Source: Tieghemostelium lacteum | Lineage: Eukaryota | Length of the DNA: 64,000 nucleotides | Direction: 5' to 3' | Assembly: GCA_001606155.1 (NCBI GenBank) | Contig: LODT01000035.1 | Coordinates: forward strand, 484,658 to 548,657 | Part shown: positions 57,274-64,000 of the stretch, piece by piece | Layout of the letters: each line of letters opens with the position of its first letter | How positions within the stretch are numbered: the stretch's first letter is position 1 | Made by a program: the position numbers and the translations under genes | Notes under the pieces: model-generated | Seen by the model: only the letters and a program-made list of their open reading frames with translations | Databases searched by the model: none | What the model was told of the DNA's origin: nothing

Positions 57274-60054
57274 TTAGTTTAGAGATATTGTCCAGTCTGA
57301 GTTTACAGATACCAATGGTTTTCTAATTGTTAATTTTTGAGTTGATTGATCATATTCAAATGATAAGGTATCCTTGTTACTTGTTTCAATTTTGGATGGT
57401 TTATTCTCTAGACCAAGTATGACAACCTTTTCAACAGTGTTTTCAAAGTTGTATTTACCTTTGGATTGTGGGACATCTTTGTAGGTTAATTTACCGTTTT
57501 CAAAGGTCAATTGTTTGTACAAGTATTCATTCGATCTATGATGGTTGAATGAATGTTCGTCATCAATGTACAGTTGACCAGAGGCCTTTTGGTTTTTATC
57601 TAAGGCAATAACTAAAGTGTATGGATCTTCTCTCATTTGACTACTAGATCTACGTACTCTCTCTTTCTTTGGAACGATTGTACCACCTCTTTGGAATACT
57701 GGAATCTTTTCCAAAGGAGTAGAAATCTCAACAGTTTGACCTCCTTGGAATTTCTTCAAAGTGTCGACTTCAAACCATAGCTGAGATTCACCACCTGGTA
57801 AAATTACATTGGTACTGGTTTGACCTTGTTGTACAACTGGTTTAACCAAAAGACTATCTGCAACCATAACATGATCTTCAACAGCAAACAGTGCAGATTC
57901 TTGTGGGAATTCAACCCAAAGTGGTCTGAGAACAGGCATACCAGTTTGATTATTTTGGTAGAATGCAGTGTACCATAATGGTAAATAACTGTAACGAGCT
58001 TGAATAGCTTGACGAATGACAGTTGTATATGGTTCACCAAATAACCATGGTTCACGACGTCTTGCGTCCAAGTGTGCATGACCTCTAAAGAATGGTTGGA
58101 AAGCAGCAGCTTGATACCAACGTGCTACCAATTCAGCATCTGGATTTCCAAAGAAACCACCAACATCAGCACCAGAGAATGTAATACCAGCCAAACCCAA
58201 TGATAAGAGCATTGGATTTGAAATTGCCAAATGATCCCATTTAGCTGCATTATCACCAGTCCAGATGGCACCAATTCTTTGTGTACCCGCAAAGAATGCT
58301 CTAGACAATACAAATGGTCTATCATTGTGATCTGGGTTTCTTTGAATGAGACCTTGTGCAGTAGCCATATGGTAATAGTAACCGTAGAGATTGTGAACAT
58401 CTCTGTGTTCATAGTCACCATAGTGAATGTTATCCTTGTGCATTGAGACTTCTGGACCACCAAAAACTGATGGTTCGTTCATATCATTCCAAATATAGAG
58501 ATTCTTGGCTGATCCTTTGTACTTGTCGTAAGCAAATTGAGATGACCACCAATCACGAATGACTGGATTAGTGAAATCCAAGTACGATGAGGTACCAGGC
58601 CAACACCAACCTTCAAAGTCATTTCTATCTTTATTCTTTACATAGTAACCTTTTTCAGAGGCTTCAGAGTAAATATAGTAATTTGAATCCTTTTTAATGT
58701 GTGGATCTACAATGGTTACTAATTTTCTAGATTTTTTGTCTAGTTCAGCTAGCATATTCTCTGGAGTTGGGAAGTTAGATCTGTCCCAGGTAAAGTAACG
58801 TTTACCATCTGTGTGTTCAATATCCAACCAAATGACATCATAAGGAATGGAGTTGTCATCGAAAGCTTGATCTACTTGTCTGACATCTTCTTCAGATTTA
58901 TAGTTCCAACGTGATTGATGATAGGCAATAGAGAACATTTGTGGGAGAGCTGTAGTACCAGTAAGAGTAGCATATTGTACAAAGAACTCTTTTGGTGATG
59001 GACCAGTTAGGATGAAAACATCCATAATACCTGACTCAGATATCCAGTGAGTGTCTTTACTTGGTTGTTCAGTTTTACTGTCTTCAATATCAATATAAGT
59101 CTCTGCAGCGTTTAACCAAAATACACCAACAGTCTTTTCAGTGTCATGAGACAACATCAAAGGTACAGCACCATAGAGAGCCATAGTTTTATCGAGTTCG
59201 TATTCAAAGACATCGAGATTGTACAAACGGTATGGGTGTTCACCTTTAGTGTTCTTCAATGCCATAGTAGATGCATGTTCAGGTATACCATAGACAAATT
59301 GTGATCCAACAAATTTGAAATCCATTCCAATGGAGGTTGGACCATTTGGTTTGGAATCGTGATGAGAATGGAATTTCTCTTCCCATAAACCTTCTAGAGA
59401 TTCTCTGAATTTCTTTTCCTCTTCATTTTGTTCATTATTGTTTTGTTCCTCACCTTCTACTGGTGGTTTTGGTGGTGCCAATTGAAGAGTTGGTTTCTCT
59501 TTCATTTGTTCAAAGTGCATGTAACCTCTGTTATTTGCACTGACAGCGACTTTACCATTAACCAAAACATCTACACGGAAAGGGTTCATATTGACTGTTG
59601 CTAGATTATGATTGGATCCAAATTCAATAGTGAATTGGTTATTTTGTGGTTTAGATTTCCACTGAATGGATCTGTCAATTTGAATAGTTGGTAAAAGGAC
59701 ATCTTGTACTTGGTATCTCTTTTTACCTTGTAATAGGTTCTTCTCTTTGATACGGAATCTCAACATGTTATCTTGATATGCCATTAATTCCAATGCCAAT
59801 ACATCTTGTGGTACACCATCTTCAATAATATCAGCTGTAATTACTCCGTCTACCAACTGAATGGTATTTTCAAGTAATTTATAGATTTTAGTAGTGTCAC
59901 TAGCTGAGCTTTGTTCTGTTCTTCCTTTCATATTTCTTTTACAAAAGTGTGAATCCTCACAAGTTCGAAATTGATTTTGATCTACAGATTCAATTTTAAT
60001 TATATTAATTATTAAAATAATTAAAGTAATTAAAATTAGTTTAGAGATGTTCAT
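57274..60054 (-). CDS. modA: Neutral alpha-glucosidase AB (glucosidase II alpha subunit, GH31), 926 aa, with a signal peptide
   Basis: GH31 signatures GIWNDMNEPSVFGGPE (catalytic WxDMNE), DGKRYFTWD and FFRGHAHLDARRREPW. Global similarity to GANAB. N-terminal MNISKLILITLIILIINIIKIESV signal. The modA symbol is recalled from Dictyostelium literature, not verified. Confidence 0.85.
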   Translation of the reverse strand: MNISKLILITLIILIINIIKIESVDQNQFRTCEDSHFCKRNMKGRTEQSSASDTTKIYKLLENTIQLVDGVITADIIEDGVPQDVLALELMAYQDNMLRFRIKEKNLLQGKKRYQVQDVLLPTIQIDRSIQWKSKPQNNQFTIEFGSNHNLATVNMNPFRVDVLVNGKVAVSANNRGYMHFEQMKEKPTLQLAPPKPPVEGEEQNNNEQNEEEKKFRESLEGLWEEKFHSHHDSKPNGPTSIGMDFKFVGSQFVYGIPEHASTMALKNTKGEHPYRLYNLDVFEYELDKTMALYGAVPLMLSHDTEKTVGVFWLNAAETYIDIEDSKTEQPSKDTHWISESGIMDVFILTGPSPKEFFVQYATLTGTTALPQMFSIAYHQSRWNYKSEEDVRQVDQAFDDNSIPYDVIWLDIEHTDGKRYFTWDRSNFPTPENMLAELDKKSRKLVTIVDPHIKKDSNYYIYSEASEKGYYVKNKDRNDFEGWCWPGTSSYLDFTNPVIRDWWSSQFAYDKYKGSAKNLYIWNDMNEPSVFGGPEVSMHKDNIHYGDYEHRDVHNLYGYYYHMATAQGLIQRNPDHNDRPFVLSRAFFAGTQRIGAIWTGDNAAKWDHLAISNPMLLSLGLAGITFSGADVGGFFGNPDAELVARWYQAAAFQPFFRGHAHLDARRREPWLFGEPYTTVIRQAIQARYSYLPLWYTAFYQNNQTGMPVLRPLWVEFPQESALFAVEDHVMVADSLLVKPVVQQGQTSTNVILPGGESQLWFEVDTLKKFQGGQTVEISTPLEKIPVFQRGGTIVPKKERVRRSSSQMREDPYTLVIALDKNQKASGQLYIDDEHSFNHHRSNEYLYKQLTFENGKLTYKDVPQSKGKYNFENTVEKVVILGLENKPSKIETSNKDTLSFEYDQSTQKLTIRKPLVSVNSDWTISLN

Positions 60055-60299
60055 TTCTCTCTGAATCACTATTTTATAAAAATAAAAAAAAAAAAAAAAA
60101 AATACTGGTTTATGTAATGTAAGTTAGATCGTACATTTGAATGTTTTTATTATCAAAATTAAATCTCCAAATATAACCGATAATACGAAATAAATAATTA
60201 AAATAATAATGAAAATTGAAGATATGTAATATGATTATTTAAATAAAATTGTTTTTTTTTTTTAATTTTTGAAATGCAAAACTAATCAAGGAAAGTCAA

Positions 60300-60660
60300 A
60301 TGTTTAGTTCGTCACTGAATCAAACACCACCATCCTTAAATGCTGGTTTTAATAGTAGTAATACATTTGGAAGAACAAGGGAGTTAAATACAGAATTGTT
60401 AGAGAAACTAACATCAACACCAGTACCAATAATCTTGCCACCTTCTCTTAAACCTGAAGCTAAATATGAAAAATATGTAAATCAATTAGTTGGAAAGGCA
60501 ATAATGTCAGCTGCCATCATTTCAAAGACACCTGGTAAGAAATTAAAAAATATGTTGTAAGTTTAAAAACATACCCAATTAAATAGTTTTTAGAATTACA
60601 ATAATAACAATATCTCTTCTAAAGATTAACTCAAAAAGGTTTATTAATAAAAGGAAATGA
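60300..60660 (+). CDS. Hypothetical small protein (about 107 aa) with a hydrophobic C-terminal segment; join(60300..60556,60594..60660)
   Basis: ORF MFSSSLNQTPPSLNAGFNSS...GKAIMSAAIISKTPGKKLKNM. A canonical GTAAGT donor at 60557 overlaps the in-frame stop, and a TAGTTTTTAG acceptor at 60593 adds LITIITISLLKINSKRFINKRK. No homology recognised. Confidence 0.3.
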
Positions 60661-61240
60661 AATCTTACAATTAATAGATTACATTTCCAAAGGAACATTA
60701 CAATCTGAATTAATAAGCATTTCAGGAACCAAATGTAAATAGACAATAATAGAATAGAAAATTAATTATATTATAACATTATATTAATAGTGTAATTGGA
60801 TAAATAGATATTATTACCACTGTAAAGGAAAGATCATATTATGGTTCAAATACCAATTTAAATATTGGTGGTGGTATTATTATTGTAGTATTAGATAAAG
60901 TTATTTTAGTAGCATTATACCCAAACTCAGTACCAATGTCTGAATCTGTACCTTACCTAGAGAAGTTTGTATTAGATACTGTTTTAAATTAATGAACTAT
61001 TACATTTCTAGAACATCAAACAATGGCACTTTATAGTGGTTTCACCATTTTAAAAACCCAATAGTAGTAATTTAGATAGAATATAGAATATCACAAACTA
61101 TGTAATAATTTCATAATTCTGATAAGGAAAATAATCGAATGTACAATCAAGATTAAATTAGTCTATTTAAAGGATAGAAGTTCAGAGATAACATCAATAA
61201 AATGTCTTTGATAATTTAATTTTTTTTTAAATTTTGATGA

Positions 61241-61711
61241 ATGCAACACTCGACTGATGCATTAATATTTAATAGAGAAAATCAATTGAATCAATTGAAA
61301 ACAAAGTATCTTGCTAAAAACTTTTCATTAGGAGATATATATCTTTGTTATCAAACTTATCAAGATTTAATAATTGTAAAGAAATGGGATAAAGTTGAAT
61401 TCAATAACACTGATGACTTTATTTATATAATGGCTTCACATAGCACTTTACCAGAGACGAGTATAATTATACCTTGTAAATCTTTTACAGATTGGTCAAT
61501 TTCAAAGTATTTATAATAGCAATAATATCCAAAGTACCAATATCTAACCACACTTTTTTAAATCAGGATAAAAACCTATTTTAATGAATTATCAAATTCT
61601 TACAAAAATGATAACATAAATATAAAAGATCCCAGATCATTTGTTTTGGCAATACAAGATGAAGATTCATCGATTGTATACTATCAACTATCAGAGGAGA
61701 TCTCAATTTAA
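61241..61711 (+). CDS. tRNA-splicing endonuclease subunit Sen15 (TSEN15) homolog; join(61241..61506,61567..61711), about 136 aa
   Basis: LGDIYLCYQTYQDLIIVKKWDKVEF aligns with human TSEN15 [25 protein letters not shown]. Exon 2 RSFVLAIQDEDSSIVYYQLSEEISI aligns with [25 protein letters not shown]. A 60-nt intron has a GTATTT donor and an AAATCAG acceptor. Confidence 0.6.
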
Positions 61712-61858
61712 GATAAACTCAATGATTGATTAAACAAATAAAAGTAAGTCTGATACTCAAAAGATTTTGTGTAAATAACTGTATCAATTATATTATATCG
61801 AGAAATTTTAAAAAAATTATTTATTCTATTATATTGTAAAGTAAAAGTTTATGCTAAA

Positions 61859-63864
61859 CTAATTATCTAGAGCAGCTTGTAGAATTCTCATTAATTCTGA
61901 AAATCGATTGGCATAACTTGGATGATTTTGAATGGCAATATTCATTAATTCAATACCACCAGATCTAGCAATCACTAATTTATTTTTTGCTATAAATAGG
62001 AAAATGTTAGTTATTTGATATGAAATTTTGATGATATATTGATTATATTATACATACGATTACAAGATAGATTTTTTAATGCACCACGACCTTGCATTTG
62101 AACACCAGAATGGAAAGGATGATTTTTCATTGCTTTTAGAATAAGATTAACACCACCTTCTTGAGCAATAGTTTCTTCATTGGTTTCATCTTGATAGGCT
62201 AAATTGATGAGAGCGGCACAACCTTCATCTTGTACGTCTGGGTCATCTTGATGATTAGTCATAGCTTGTAAAACCAATTGAATACCGCCTTGTTTAGATA
62301 TCATATTTTTATTATCCTCATTTCTAGCTAAATTTCTTAGAGCACCACAACCATTTAATTGTAAATCTGGGTGGGAACTAAAGATTTTCATTGCTTTAAG
62401 AATTAGAGAGATACCTCCTTCTCTAGCTGACAAGATCTTATTAGAATCATTGCAACCGAGGTTTCTCAAGGCACCGCATCCTTGAGTTTGAATACCAATA
62501 TGATTTGGATGATTTCTCATTGCTGTTGCAATTGCTTGAATACCACCTTCTTGTGCTACACGACTCTCTGAAACATCATTTCTAGCCAAATTTCTAAGAA
62601 CAAAACTAGTATTATACTGAACTCCTGGATTGTATAAATGATTTTTCATGGCTTGTAGAATCAATTGAATTCCACCTTGTTCAACTACCTCGAGATAATT
62701 GTTATTAGAGTAGACACCTAGGTTATTAGGACTGTCACAAGTGAGATTTCCAAGTGCACCACATGCATCTTCTTGTACACCTGAATCGTATGGATGAGTT
62801 TTCATAGTCTGAAGAATCAGTTTAATACCCCCATAACGTGCAATTAGTGATTCATGTTCATCTTCTTTTCTCTGTCTGTAGGATAGTCTTTTTAAAACAT
62901 AACATGTTTCACGTAAAATGGAAGGGTATTGAAGATGTTCTTTCATTACACCAATAACCTTCTTTATTTGACCATTTTCATCGTTTGGATCAAAGTTCTG
63001 GTAATACTCCTGTGGTAGACTATCAATGTAACATAATATCATTTTTGCTTGGTGTGGTGTTGGTGAAGTCCAACGACTGTTGAATTGCATTGCAAAGTAT
63101 ATTCTAGGACATGTCTTTTCAAAGAGTAATTCCCAGAATTTAAATACATCAATCATATACCATATTCTCTTACAGGTTAATGATATTCTCCAAAGATCTT
63201 TAGCAGAGAGAAACCCAAGTAAATGTACCAACATTTCAGTGGGTATGGAAAATATATCAAATTGTGTATTTTCAACAGCTTGACTATTGGTACCTATGGA
63301 ATTATATATTTTATTTGAACTGACTTTCATGCTGTTATTTGAATTTTGAATTAATTGATTATTATAATATTTTTGTTGATTTAGTAACTGTTGTTGTTGT
63401 TGTGTTGTACTATCAGGTGGTGACAATATAGAAAGATTAAATTGTGATATAAATGTTTTACTAACTGATGGAATTAGTGTATTTGGTGATGAATAATTTG
63501 AAATTGATTTGGTTGACATTGTAAATGTTATTTGTATTTGGGGATGTGAATTATTTAAATCTGGTAGATTTTCAACCTCTTGTTGCTGTAGTTCTTCCTC
63601 TTCTGATAAAATTGATGAATTATCCTCTTCTTCTTTTATATTGCGCCCAAAGAATAATTCTAGAGTCTCTGGTGTACAATTACGACAATAATTAGTGTAA
63701 TCTTGACTTATTATAGGGATTCTATTAATATTAATATAACTAATATTATTATTATTATTTAAGTTATTGTTATTGTTATTATTTAGGTTTGTTGATGACT
63801 TGGATGATTTATTAAATGGAGTTACTTTGAATAACTTATTTAAAATCGATTCATAATTTAACAT
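61859..63864 (-). CDS. F-box-like / armadillo-repeat protein; complement(join(61859..61989,62058..63864)), about 645 aa
   Basis: F-box-like IPTEMLVHLLGFLSAKDLWRISLTCKRIWYMID. At least seven ARM repeats with the recurring GGIQLILQAMKNH...VQ..GCGALRNLA pattern. The final repeat continues across a 68-nt GTATGT...TATTTATAG intron (...KNLSCN / PKNKLVIARSGGIELMNIAIQNHP). Confidence 0.7.
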
Positions 63865-64000
63865 TTTGTATTGTTTGGGATATTTCTCACAGCTGAAACA
63901 GCACTCTGAGACTGTGAATGATTACTATGATTTACTTTTTTAAAAATTAATAATTTAATTTTTAAATAGTGAATAAGTTTGTTATAATTCTTAGTCTGCT

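Noticed and set aside
57804-58463. Internal ORFs on both strands within the glucosidase II gene
   Set aside because: They are embedded in the conserved GH31 CDS.
1-64000. Search for tRNA genes (A/B boxes, GGTTCGAATCC), rRNA and CRISPR arrays
   Set aside because: No GC-rich 70-90 bp islands with tRNA box consensus were found. CRISPR is not expected in a eukaryotic nuclear genome. All regular repeats found are micro- or minisatellites.

Overview
This window reads as AT-rich dictyostelid nuclear DNA. The evidence is Dictyostelium discoideum-like codon usage, poly-N and poly-Q coding tracts, AAAATG start contexts, and short AT-rich introns with GTAAGT, GTATGT or GTAAAT donors and ...ATAG or ...TTAG acceptors. 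One product matches my recollection of the D. discoideum ankyrin-bromo-BTB protein DDB_G0293800 (chromosome 6), but that is from memory, not a search. It is a gene-dense eukaryotic region of about 34 protein-coding genes on both strands. I found no rRNA, tRNA or CRISPR. I rebuilt exon-intron structures by hand from reading frames and splice consensus. Exon boundaries are therefore approximate. Confident homology calls include: GATA factor (5' partial), nitrobindin/THAP4-like, LSm4, Ank-BTB-bromodomain-ET protein, UBE2J2/Ubc6-like E2, CFAP20, amino-acid transporter, PAQR receptor, Vps52, exportin-6, CTD small phosphatase, Vps72/YL1, RhoGAP, GNAT, SENP/Ulp protease, CCA-adding enzyme, RPL23A, p47, EngB-like GTPase, homeobox protein, IQGAP-related RasGAP, UPF1, SLC35B transporter, glucosidase II alpha (modA-like) and Sen15. 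The most unusual region is 27.7-30.7 kb. It is a CpG-enriched block carrying a frameshifted gluzincin (HEXXH...E) metallopeptidase-like pseudogene that converges on an unidentifiable 269-aa ORF. The block is bordered by a 21-22 bp minisatellite and a 32-bp perfect inverted-repeat hairpin. I read it as a candidate foreign or mobile-element-derived island.
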